A DNA stretch of 27,834 nt from the IMG/VR virus record IMGVR_UViG_3300025168_000504, positions 1-27,834 of that record; one strand, given 5' to 3'. Below, in pieces: positions 1 to 10,300 of this stretch. How positions within the stretch are numbered: position 1 is the first letter of the stretch; every line of letters begins with the position of its first letter. Source of the DNA: a virus (taxonomy: Duplodnaviria > Caudoviricetes). Below the pieces are notes generated by a model. The model worked only from the letters and a program-made list of their open reading frames with translations. It had not been told where the DNA came from and did no database searches. A program made the position numbers and the translations under genes.

Positions 1-1169
1 GACCTGCCAAACAATGTATAATTTCGCATTGGGTTAGCCAGACTGCGTTCGTCGCTCATCGATTTAGTCGGCATGGTCACCACATCCACCAGCGCATTAG
101 TCGTCTTAATTCTTGGCGCGATCATCCCCATCGCTACAAGCATTGTCGTCTGCGCTGCTGCTGAGTAACGCCGCGACGGGGCGATCTTCGCCACTACTTT
201 CTGCGCTGCCGCTTTGATTTTCTGCTGCCGTGTTGGTGGTGCAACTGCTGCTGGCGCGGCTTCGGGCGCGGCTTCTGGCGCTGCTTCTGTTGTTTCTTCT
301 GACGATGACGATGCCTCCGCTGGTTCAGGTGCCTGTTCTATTTGTGCCTCAATAGTCGCCTCGGCTTGAGCTTCCTGTTGTTGCTGTTCTACAGGCGGTG
401 GTGGGAGGTCAAGTTGTATAGGAGCGATTTCAGGTGGAGGAGGTGGAGCCTCTGGAGCAGCAGCTACAACAACTGGGGCTGCTGCCGGTGGGGGAGACGA
501 GGACACCGGGGGCGCTACAATAATCTCAACAGGCGGCGGTGGGGCAATTGCAACTTGCTGATCGACCACCGAAATCTGATCGAGTATCTGTTGCTCGATA
601 ATATTTTGATAAGTGAACGACAGGGTGGGATCAGAAAACTTTGGTCCAAAGAACCCTGAGTGAAATCCCGCGTCTATGCCAAACAGAGAGAAGCTCCCTG
701 TCAAAATTCCAAAACTGTTCGCTGCTATAGAGTTGGAAAACGAGAACAGCCTGTTGCCAGTGAAGTCCAGCTCCACTTCGTGCGTGAACTTTTTCGCTAC
801 TGCGTCCCCGTCCAAAAGCGTAACGCCTAACGTAAAAAGATCGCGGCAGTCTCCCGCCTGTGTGACGCTGGTGCATGTAGCAAGTCTTGAATTTGAAACA
901 TGGCTGTTCACCGTCACCGCACTGTTAAGATCAAATCCCCTTTGAACCTCGGCCTTGGTCAAAGGGACATCAAAAGTGCTTGTGTAAGTGCCGCCACCCG
1001 CCGAAGCGTTGCCCGTGCAAAACTCTCCGGCACTGCATCCAGATGTAGAACTCGAAGTTGTTGAGCCGCTTGTCGTGAACGTAGATAAGTTTGGAAGGAT
1101 GTTGCCGGTCGTCACAGTCTCTGCAAACGCAGAAAAAGACATCAGCAAAAGTACGACAAGCCAGCGCAT
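1..1169 (-). CDS. Exported protein with signal peptide and Pro/Glu/Ala-rich region, >389 aa, 3'-truncated by the window edge (not in ORF track)
   Basis: ATG at 1169 overlaps the TAA of the upstream gene (TAATG). Translates MRWLVVLLLMSFSAFA-ETVTTGNILPNLSTF...APPPPVEIIVAPP...EAAPEAAPEAAP...MRNYTLFGR, with no stop seen before base 1. AFA|E resembles a signal peptidase I site. Confidence 0.85.
   Translation of the reverse strand, partial: MRWLVVLLLMSFSAFAETVTTGNILPNLSTFTTSGSTTSSSTSGCSAGEFCTGNASAGGGTYTSTFDVPLTKAEVQRGFDLNSAVTVNSHVSNSRLATCTSVTQAGDCRDLFTLGVTLLDGDAVAKKFTHEVELDFTGNRLFSFSNSIAANSFGILTGSFSLFGIDAGFHSGFFGPKFSDPTLSFTYQNIIEQQILDQISVVDQQVAIAPPPPVEIIVAPPVSSSPPPAAAPVVVAAAPEAPPPPPEIAPIQLDLPPPPVEQQQQEAQAEATIEAQIEQAPEPAEASSSSEETTEAAPEAAPEAAPAAVAPPTRQQKIKAAAQKVVAKIAPSRRYSAAAQTTMLVAMGMIAPRIKTTNALVDVVTMPTKSMSDERSLANPMRNYTLFGR
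250..289 (-). repeat. Imperfect 12-nt coding tandem repeat encoding (EAAP)x3
   Basis: ctggcgcggcttcgggcgcggcttctggcgctgcttctg on the + strand, inside the low-complexity region of the 1..1169 CDS. Confidence 0.6.
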
Positions 1170-1720
1170 TAGTCGGTCCACTCGTTTTCTTGAATTTGTT
1201 TCAAAGAATTTTCAACGGCTTTTTTCTGGGCCGCAGCTACTATGGCTGGTGCCTCCTTGCGGATTATGGAACCTTCCGGTGATTTCTCCGGGAACTTGAT
1301 CCACTCATCGCGAGCCGCGTTCCCAATCTTGCCCATAAACGGACAGGGCGAACCAGCCATCCACATGGCGTCCCACACGCGCACATCCTGACAAAGTAAG
1401 GCGATGCCCGCGATTTTGAGGCCCATTCCGAACACGGATCGAGATAGCTTAATCCTCTGGCACACAGAATCTGTGGTAGTAGTACCCCCGCTAAGACCAA
1501 AAATACCCGTCTGTAACGCCGCACTGGTGCCGGTCTGGCAGATATCGCTGTTGACAACGTTGATGCTGGGACTGGAGGCCGTGGGCGGCGTTTTATCTAC
1601 AACCGTTGAACTACTGACCGTCGAGACTGTATCTGCGGACTTAACCACCCCCGCCGTCAGGATAAAAACCAACACCGCGAGGAACGCGGCTAGTGCAATT
1701 ATCAGCGGCCTAAAAGCCAT
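1169..1720 (-). CDS. Conserved-looking phage membrane/exported protein with four Cys (183 aa)
   Basis: N-terminal hydrophobic segment, then DICQ...DSVCQRIKLSR...GLKIAGIALLCQDVRVWDAMWMAGSPCPFMGKIG. I recognise this pattern from uncharacterised marine phage proteins. Starts 1 nt after the upstream stop. Confidence 0.85.
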   Translation of the reverse strand: MAFRPLIIALAAFLAVLVFILTAGVVKSADTVSTVSSSTVVDKTPPTASSPSINVVNSDICQTGTSAALQTGIFGLSGGTTTTDSVCQRIKLSRSVFGMGLKIAGIALLCQDVRVWDAMWMAGSPCPFMGKIGNAARDEWIKFPEKSPEGSIIRKEAPAIVAAAQKKAVENSLKQIQENEWTD

Positions 1721-1721
1721 G

Positions 1722-1889
1722 CTACATCTTCCACAGCATCCCGGCCATCAGAAGGATAACCGCACCGGCTGATGAAATCATCACCAACTCCAACCGTTTA
1801 ATTCTTACGATAGTCTCTCGCCAACGCTCGGAACACACCGCCTCATGCGTCGTCAGCTTAGCTTGCACATCTTTAATAGTATTTGCCAT
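1722..1889 (-). CDS. Small membrane protein, XhlA/holin-like (55 aa)
   Basis: Start re-assigned to ATG 1889, which overlaps the TGA of the chaperone gene (TGATG). MANTIKDVQAKLTTHEAVCSERW...RIKRLE is a coiled coil followed by one C-terminal TM helix. Holin function is inferred from architecture and position. Confidence 0.75.
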   Translation of the reverse strand: MANTIKDVQAKLTTHEAVCSERWRETIVRIKRLELVMISSAGAVILLMAGMLWKM

Positions 1890-2239
1890 CACGGAGCGAC
1901 CGGCCAAGTGACGTTCCCTAGAACGCCGTTGCTATCGAGGGTTGGACTACTGCTCGTGGCGGGCAGGTTTCTAAGCGCGACCCGATACGCTTTCCAAGCG
2001 TCTGTCAGGGTGAGGTCTGATGATGCTCGCCAGTCACACTCGGCCAGTTTTCTGTCCCGTTGCCGCCGCAATTCCGCCATCGGAGCAGCAGATTCGAGGG
2101 CACTTTTTTTATTATTAATGTCAGCTTCAGAAGGCTTTGCCGCTGCATCGAGCCAAGTCAGGCCGGAATATTCGTCGCCGCTCCACTTCCACTCTTCTCC
2201 GGGGCGCAGTGCCGCTAAAGCTTGTTGTTTAGTGGTCAT
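1889..2239 (-). CDS. Tail fibre assembly chaperone (XkdW-like N-terminus plus Phage_tail_APC-like C-terminus)
   Basis: Motifs ALRPGEEW and LRRQRDRKLAECDW...WKAYRVALRNLP...VTWP; directly downstream of the tail fibre with ATGA overlap. Confidence 0.85.
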   Translation of the reverse strand: MTTKQQALAALRPGEEWKWSGDEYSGLTWLDAAAKPSEADINNKKSALESAAPMAELRRQRDRKLAECDWRASSDLTLTDAWKAYRVALRNLPATSSSPTLDSNGVLGNVTWPVAP

Positions 2240-4332
2240 GGTGCAAACTCCATAATTGTTATTAGTGCGCCAGATCGAAGGTTATTGGCACTCCCGTTAC
2301 TGCCATAATTTGACATAAATATGCCAAACGGCAGGGCGCTAGTACCGCCAGCCGCCGCACTATAGCTAAGAGTAAAAGAGCCGTAATCTCCGTCACGATC
2401 TGCGCCGTAACAACCTACTACATCACCGGCATACAAGGTCGCAGTATTGTCCGATGCTGATGCTCGCATTTGAATGTTGATGGCAGCGGTATCGTAATTG
2501 TAACCATGATCGCCTAGCAAAAAACCACTGCATGTAACGTATAGTATGTGGCTCGCAGAAGTCGGGGTGATGGAAGCATCAAGGCCAGTATCCTGCAAAG
2601 TATTGCTGGTGCTTCCAAAATTACTGGCTAACTTGGCAGTAATGAACTGCGTGCATAAGCCGCCACCCGGCGCAGCAGCAAAAACTGGAACGCTGCCCGC
2701 GCCCTGACTAGTCAATACTTGGGTAGCGCTGCCAGCGGCCACATATGCTGGATTTCCTGAAGCGTCGTATGTAATGAGGTTCCCGTCAGTTCCGGGTGCC
2801 ATTTTCGCCAAGGTCACCGCGTCATCCGCGATCATTGCCGTGGCGACCTGACCGTAGGCTGGGTCAGTGCCGTCGCTCTTGAGCACGGTATTTGCGCTGC
2901 CGACCGCAAGTCTTGCAGTTGCGTTCGAGCTGTCGCGAACAATGACGTCGCCGCGTGTAGTCATAGGGTCGGCGAGATCGCCCGCGTTGCCCGTTCTTAC
3001 AAACTGAACGCTAACACTGTCAGAGTTGCTTATGGTCCCTGCGGATAGAACGTGCGTTGCCGCAACTTTGGAATATGTCGATGCGCTCGTGACAGCGCCG
3101 GTTACATTAAAGATATGGAAATTTTCGGGGGCCGTGTTTTTCTTAATCGTAATTGTGCCGCGCAGCGCTGTGTTTGTACTGTCATCCCAGCTATCGACAA
3201 AGCTGTTAATGGATGCACCGCCCGCCTCAACATCATCGACATAGACAATCGTTGCGCTCGACGCCGTGCCATTATTGAGATGGATTTTTCCGGCTCCTTG
3301 ATCACTATCTGCTGTCGCAGTCGAGAAGATCATCCGCAAACCCGGCTCGTCAGCACGCGGGCCAGTGCTGCCCGTACTGCCCGTTGATCCGGTATCGCCT
3401 TTATCCCCGGTTCGTGCAAAAGAGAGGCGGATGCTGTCCGTATCGCCGAAGGTTCCCTGACTGTCTACATGAGTGACCGCAAGCTGAATAAAACCACTAC
3501 TGTCTGTCAGGCCAGTGATATTGTAGACGGCATAGTTTGCCGGAGTGCCGGGCTCGACTAAACGGACGTAACCTTTTATTGTAGAGGTGCTGTCGTCAAA
3601 TCCCTTCAGCCAATCTTCGACGTTGGGGTTGCCGGTATCCGCAGTCTGATCATCTAGAATTATGACCGACGCCGAACTAGGGGTGGCGTGGTTCAGCCGC
3701 AGCTTGCCAACACCGGGATCAGCGATTGTTGTCGTAGTACTAAAAGTATACTTCGGCATCGTCGCTGAAGCCTCGTTGGCCGCTGTAACTGCTGATGCCG
3801 CTGCCGCAGCAGCGTCGCTTTCTGCTGACGATATTTGCGAAGACGTCGGGCCGGTCGTGTAGCCCGTCCCCGCAGCGTTGACTATAAGGGCGGTGTTAGC
3901 CGTCAGTGTTAGAGGAAGTTCAATATCTGTGAGGGCCGACGACACGGGAAAGCGTGGCATACGGTTAAGCAACTCAACCTTATCCTGAGATAGCTGTGTA
4001 AGTTTATCGTAGGCTCCCTCAAGTATCTCAGGCTGAACACCACCCCGGTTCGCAAGATCCACCTCCTGCGTCTGCGGAACTGCGCGGCTGAATGTAAGCT
4101 GCTCCCCGCTGGCCGGAGCAACACCCATTGTGATGTTTCCGCCTGACGCCGTACCGACGCCGGATACCGTGTAGTTCGTCGTCAACGTCTGCACCGTCTC
4201 GACGTTAGCGGCGTTCTTTAAGGTCACCACAATGTGGGTCTGATCTAAGATGCGGAAGTCGTAGGCGAACACGGTCGTAGACCCGTTGCCGCTGTATGGC
4301 CCTGTCCGCGCTGTTTGGCTAGATATCGTCAT
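2236..4332 (-). CDS. Tail fibre protein (698 aa)
   Basis: N-terminal T7 gp17-like attachment motif GPYSGNGSTTVFAYDFRI...LEGAYDKLT; Ala/Thr/Ser/Gly-rich; duplicated internal domain, short collagen-like stretch, MTTRGDVIVR motif; GGAG SD upstream; followed by a chaperone gene. Confidence 0.9.
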   Translation of the reverse strand: MTISSQTARTGPYSGNGSTTVFAYDFRILDQTHIVVTLKNAANVETVQTLTTNYTVSGVGTASGGNITMGVAPASGEQLTFSRAVPQTQEVDLANRGGVQPEILEGAYDKLTQLSQDKVELLNRMPRFPVSSALTDIELPLTLTANTALIVNAAGTGYTTGPTSSQISSAESDAAAAAASAVTAANEASATMPKYTFSTTTTIADPGVGKLRLNHATPSSASVIILDDQTADTGNPNVEDWLKGFDDSTSTIKGYVRLVEPGTPANYAVYNITGLTDSSGFIQLAVTHVDSQGTFGDTDSIRLSFARTGDKGDTGSTGSTGSTGPRADEPGLRMIFSTATADSDQGAGKIHLNNGTASSATIVYVDDVEAGGASINSFVDSWDDSTNTALRGTITIKKNTAPENFHIFNVTGAVTSASTYSKVAATHVLSAGTISNSDSVSVQFVRTGNAGDLADPMTTRGDVIVRDSSNATARLAVGSANTVLKSDGTDPAYGQVATAMIADDAVTLAKMAPGTDGNLITYDASGNPAYVAAGSATQVLTSQGAGSVPVFAAAPGGGLCTQFITAKLASNFGSTSNTLQDTGLDASITPTSASHILYVTCSGFLLGDHGYNYDTAAINIQMRASASDNTATLYAGDVVGCYGADRDGDYGSFTLSYSAAAGGTSALPFGIFMSNYGSNGSANNLRSGALITIMEFAP
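2980..3753 (-). repeat. Tandem duplicated ~115-aa domain in the tail fibre, separated by a Gly-X-Y stretch
   Basis: Copy 1: YTFSTTTTIADPGVGKLRLN...FDDST...VTHV...FARTGDKG. Copy 2: MIFSTATADSDQGAGKIHLN...WDDST...ATHV...FVRTGNAG. Spacer: GDKGDTGSTGSTGSTGPR. Confidence 0.85.
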
Positions 4333-4381
4333 ATTTCATTCTCCGCTATGCATATCGTATACATTAAATCAACCTTTAAAT

Positions 4382-7300
4382 CTAGTCTTCTAACCGGCGG
4401 CGTAGCTTATCTTCACTGGCCGGACCCAGTAAAAGATCCATAGGTGAAGCACCTTCTACCTCATCAAGAAGGTTTCCGAGACCACCAGCAGTTCTGTTGG
4501 GCTGCACGGCAGGTATGCCCTTCAGTACTCCGAGCAACATAACGTAGGGGGCGAGCTTCTTAGCCCTGTCTGACCACACACGCTCGTCATCGGGAACCTT
4601 TGCATTTTCGTCTTCAACAAAAAGTTCCGGTACTTTTTTAGCTACACCAGATATAGCTTTGTCAATGGTTTCCCACGCAATAGTGCCTGCGCCCCCGCTG
4701 TATCCAAACCCACTTGCCCAGCCAGAAGACATCTCACGTAGCACTGGTATAGACCCTGTAAAAGTAGACAAACTTTCCCGTGCTATAAACTTTAGCATGG
4801 CGTGCTCTCTTTCTCCGGTTTTAAGATCTTCCTCTTCCCAATCAGGAAGCTTTCCCCGAACTAAGCCTACGCCTACAGAGGTTAAAGCCAGCAAGACAAA
4901 CATGCGCGTCGCAGCCCGTGCTATAGCAGCCGTAGGTCGCGTGGTTATATTGTCACGGAACTCTACGCCCATACCACGTTGCGTAGCGTACCACGCCGCA
5001 AACCATGTGTAGAACATGAGGAAGGGTTTCAGGTACGCCTTACGCTGAATGGGAGACAAGTCCTTCAAAGCTCCGGCAGATTGGCTGAGGCGAATTACTC
5101 GATCTGCGTATTTGACTGCGCGAGAAATGTCATTGGGGTTCGAGCGCAAAGATGTATTGTAAGCCGCTGTCCACACCGGCATATCCACGCTGTAGAACTG
5201 AACTTGCGCGATAGCCTGCATCGCAGTCCGCTGTATTACAGGTAGAACCGAGGTCTTGCCCTTGAGGTTGCGGAGGGCTTCATCCACGTTTTGATCGATA
5301 TTCTCACGCCTAAAGCGCATCTCGCCGGACACTTCCATAATCCACCGGGCGTGCTGTCCGTCCAAAGCCTTCAGACTACCAAAGGCCATATCTTTCTGCA
5401 GCATGGCAGCGTTCTTCGGGGTATAACCCACATCAGCAAGGATGCGGTCTTGACCGTTTATTATCCCTAGCGTCTGCATACCCAATGTAGTGTACGATGC
5501 GCCCAGAACGGCGACTGTCGTGTTTGTATATATCTGATTAAACAGCTCCCCCACTGCCCCGAGGTCTGTCGTATCGTTACTATTCACGGCCAATGCGGCA
5601 AGCCACGCCCGCAACTCTTTATAGTAGGCAGCGCCAACTTTAATCTCTACAGCAGCCTTAATATCTGGCTGGTTTAATATCTTGTTGCCGTTCTGCACTG
5701 CCTCGTAGTGTGTAATGAAATGAATGGTGTTCCGAAAACTGCTAGCTAGTTTGTCTATGTTCATAGTGATCGGCGCGGCATAGCCCGTTCGAGCTTTAGT
5801 CATCGAGCTGTTTACACTAGCCCGCCCAGCTTCGGCCTGCATCAACTGCAGAGCGTCTTTCTGCTCTGCATCAGCAGAGGCCCCCGCAACACTCTTGTCG
5901 TACATAAGCGGGAAGTATCCTCCCGTTACGTCCCCAAACTTAGTGGTAATCGTTCTTGGTTCTACACGGCCCGGAGATACGCCGTTTGTTTTGCGGTAAA
6001 TCGCATCAACCGCAGGCCACAATTTTTCTGCGTGCGCCCACACCGTTTTAACTAGGCTCCACTCTGCTTCTGTAAGCTGATCAAACGCGGTGTTCAATAT
6101 ATCTTCACTGATGTTCCACCCCGCACCCGTAACCTTGGTGTCTGCGTCTCCCCCCATACCCCGAATAAGCTTGTCGAGGTTACTTTCGTTTCCGGCGTTG
6201 AGGGCAAGCATGACAAGATTGCCGCGAGTGATACGCATACCCGGCTTACCTAGACCACCCAAAAGGCTAGGGTTTACAGCTTTTCCAAAACTCTTTTGCA
6301 CGCTCTTCGGCAGAGCAGCTACCAGCGCCCCGATTAAGTCGGACACTTCCAACTGCAATTCCTGAGATTGCACTGCCGCTGCACTAAACGGCTCGTACAG
6401 GGCTTGGTGCCACGGTCCCAGTACTGACCCATCCATTGCCTCTAGCAGCGCCTCGATTTTAAGTAATTGTCCGTCGATTGAGGCCATAAGAGATAGCGCT
6501 TTGAAACCGGTGATATTTTCTTCGGATGCGCTTTTGGCCCTGAACCTACTTACAAGAGTTTCTTTTCTTGCCGAAAGGGTGGTTAACAGCTCCGCTTTCA
6601 AAAGGCTTAGCTGTACGGCGTCTTCGCCTTTAAGGGCTCGCTTCGCATTGCGTCCTTGCGTGTCGTATCGTTTGATTACCTCGTGCAACTGCAAGAAGCG
6701 CAGATAGCTCATGCCCCTAATACTGTTATTTGGATTTGTTTCCGGGTCTAACAAGAAGTCGGGGACACTTAGCAATGCGCCGTCCTGCTCCTGCCTAGTT
6801 TCTATAAAGCTCTGTAACTCCGCTATCTCTGTTGTCCGCTCTGCTCTACCTGCAGCGCCGCCTTTAAAGTTAACGCTTTTAAGGATTGTCTTAATAACAT
6901 CTACATATTCGGCCTCGATAGACGGGAACTTCGCACCCGGTTTCGAGAATGTTTTCATATACGCGCTTTTCTTATCTACGTCGCGCTGTGCTTTAAGGGC
7001 TTCTGTAGCCATGTAGTGGTTAACAAGGCGGTGAAATTGGTGCTTGTAAGCCTCGGTGCGGTCGCCGCGCTTTAAGGCGGCACCTGCCAGATCAGCGTGT
7101 TTCTTCTCTGCTTGAATATATTTAACAGGGCGGATGTCTTTTGTAGCGGCTGCAAGGAGACTGTCTACGGCGTACTGGCGTACAAACTTTTGTTTAAACG
7201 CAGGCTCCGTTGTTCTCAAAGCCTGTAACTCTGCAGCTAGAACTTGAGCTGTCTTGTCTATATGAACGCTATCTACCGCTTCGTACATGCTGTCGAACGC

Positions 7301-10300
7301 GCCGTGGGTTTCCTCCATCTTGCTCTCGACTACTGCCTCTACCGCATCAGCGTAAGGCGCAACCTCGACAAGCTCTGCAATCATACTTATTACATCTTCG
7401 TAGCCAAAGGCAGCGGCTACTATGGCGGGGGCTTCGCCTCCCTCCATGTACAAGGTCTTACCAGCAACTTTAGGCATATCGGATAAGGAATACCCTTCAG
7501 CCTGCAAGACTTCTACCAGAGCAGTTTCGTCCATACGAGCAACTGCCTCGCCGTCAGGGAGAACAGATCCGTCAGCTAGGCCCAACTCCGTTATCGCGTA
7601 CATCAAACGGTAGACTGGTAGGGCCGCAACCTCCTGCCCTACTTCTGGTCGCAGTGCGTCTTTATTGTCTTTCCACCACTTTGTCAGCGTGCGCTTATGG
7701 TCTTGATTAGTTTTAGATAACTGCTTTGCTCGACGGGCCTCACCGGCTTCGGCAATGTTCTTCTGGTAGGCAGCAAACTGCGTCGGCGTCATACCGGCTT
7801 GCTCGGCGGTTTGTAGAAGAGGGGCCATACTGTATTGCCCCTCAACAATTGTGATCTCCTCATCCGAAGACAACATTCTATCTACGACACCCGTAACTTC
7901 TGGGGAAAATTTTACATCGAGGCCCGTAAAGCGCCTGTAAACGCTGCCTATCCACACTTTTAACTGAGAGAAGATGTTGCCAAGGGCGAGACTTGGAGCG
8001 CGTGCCGTAGCAAAGTAATCTTCTGCGCCGCGAGCAAATTGTTCGTGCATGGCGACGCTAAGGTATCGGCTGGGGCCTTCGCCGCGCAGCTCGCCGGATC
8101 TGGCATAAGCCGAGACTTGAGCCTCGGTCATCTGTTGCAGGGCAGCGACGCTGTCTTTGTCCTTGTCCTTCTTGGCGCGACGGACGGCCTCCTCGCGCAG
8201 CTCCAGAGGGCGGCTAGCCCACCAATCAGTGACGGTCTTAAAGTCTTGCTGGAAACCACCACCTACGGCGAGGGCGTCTGCCTTGAGCTGCTCCAGCCAG
8301 AAGTGACCACTTTCGTGCAGGAAGGTAGTCGGATCGGCCTTTTCAAATATCTGTATAAGGTTGACCGGGTTACCGTCCTGATCGTTAATTAAGTCTGAGG
8401 GGGTAAATCCGCCTCTGGGGCCTGCTGCTCCGCGCTGCTGCTCGAGGGCTGGTTGTTGTCCGCCTCGCTCGTACTGGTCGATGGCTGCGGCGACTTCTTG
8501 GGACGCTTGATCCCTGACATCACGATACCGCTGCCGAGCCACTCCCGCACTTCCTGCTGGGTCATTTCTGTCACTGGCATAGTCGTAATCCTTTTTCTCT
8601 GGGAACGCCGCCTGTAGTCGAGCGGCCTTAACATCATACTCTGAAGCAAGCGCATTATCAACAGCGTCTGCAAAACCACGCGGATCAACACCTTCTTCTA
8701 GGATTAGTGTCATCTGACCGTCTGTCGTTGACTGGCCGCCGATCTGAGGAAAACCCTCAATGCCGCGCAGGGTTTGATAGATCGCATCGATCTCCTGCAG
8801 GCTTTTGTCGCCAACCTGTATACGAACAGCCCCAGCCTCAAACGACCCCTCAAAAGCGTCGGCTGACAGGGCGACCATACTATCTTGGGACAGCACAAAA
8901 CCCACAGCATTAGCGACGGCAGCGGGGTCACCGGAAGTTAGACGCAGAGAGAACGACGGGTTTGTGTCTTCTAGGTAGCTACCGATTTGAGGAGATACTG
9001 AACCTTCAGCTTCTGCTGCTTCTAAGACAGAAGGCAGAACACTCTTCGATACGGTGTCGCTGATTGCGAGCTGCGCTGCAGGGGGAAGGGCGTTCCACCG
9101 GGCAGACAGCTCTACATTATTAGGGTCCGGCGCGACCTCGAATATAACGTCGCCGGCAAAGTCTACTTCTTGGAAGAGTTCTCGGCCATTATCTTGGACG
9201 CCAGCTTGCCCAGTCCCTGCAGTACCTTCGGGTCCGACAGATCCAGCATCTTGTCCAGAGACGGCTCCCTGTCCAGATCCTCCTGCTCCATCTCCTTCAA
9301 TTCCTTCGACTTCATATCCTTGGCTCCTAAATATCCGCGCAAACGTGGTGTCGTAACTCTCGTTGAGTGAGTTTGCTGTGACGACAGGGATGCCGTCCGC
9401 ATCAACCTCTAACTCGTCGCGCAGACCGCCCCATAATTCTTTCTCAGGATACCATAACAGAGCCTGCAAGTCAGCAGTAGTAACATCGATACCCCGCTCG
9501 GAAAGTATCTCGCGGGCGCGCTGCCCGACAGCCTCGACCTGCTTTCTCTGCGTGCCGTTAGCAATTTGGTCTAGGGGCGTAGACAGATTAGATTTGATAG
9601 CTTTTGCTGCTCGCGCCCATGTTGGCTGCAGCTCTGTGGGGATGTTGGCTGATCCATAGGTTTCCTGTAGCCGCTTATATTCCTTAGACCATGCCGTTAT
9701 TAAACGGTTTGAGTAAGCAAGCAGCGCGTCGTCCGTCTTTCCGTACTCAGCCTTCCAAGGCTCGGGGGCTTTAAGCCCTGCAAGATCAGACAACAGCGCC
9801 TTACCCTCAGAGACTTCTTTATTAAGACGGCGCGTCTCGGCGCTAAAATCTTTCTTTGTCTGGCCTTCAAGTTGTCCGGCGCTCTTATGCGCCTCAAGAG
9901 CGGCCTCGGAAGATGCTAGGTCAGATCGAGCCATCTCAATAAGGTCTGGCGAACCCTGCTCATTTGACCGGGATTTAGAGATTGCGGCTTTTAACCTGCG
10001 CCGCTGTGCGGGAACCGCGTCCGGCTGTCCAATACTCTTACCCGTTAGACGGCCCCAAGTGCGGCGCATCCACAAGTCGATTGTCAGCGGGTCAAAATTT
10101 CCGTTGAGGTTCTGCCAGAACCCATTGCCAATCTTAGGTCCGAGCGTCGAAGATCCGTAGACCACAGCATCCTTGGCTGTGTTACCCGGCGGGCTATACG
10201 GTATACCCGCAGCCTTCATCTCCACTTCCCACTCCCGCACTGTCTTACTAGCGCGGAACATGGCATCTAGCGCAGTCATACGCTCCGCAGAAGTGTCTCC

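Noticed and set aside
2236-2700. Diversity-generating retroelement target in the tail fibre, suggested by the BPP-1-like gene set
   Set aside because: No reverse transcriptase and no template/variable repeat pair seen in this window.
4333-4381. AT-rich gap upstream of the tail fibre gene as a possible promoter
   Set aside because: TTGATT and TACGAT-like hexamers are present but not at a valid spacing; only the GGAG SD is supportable.
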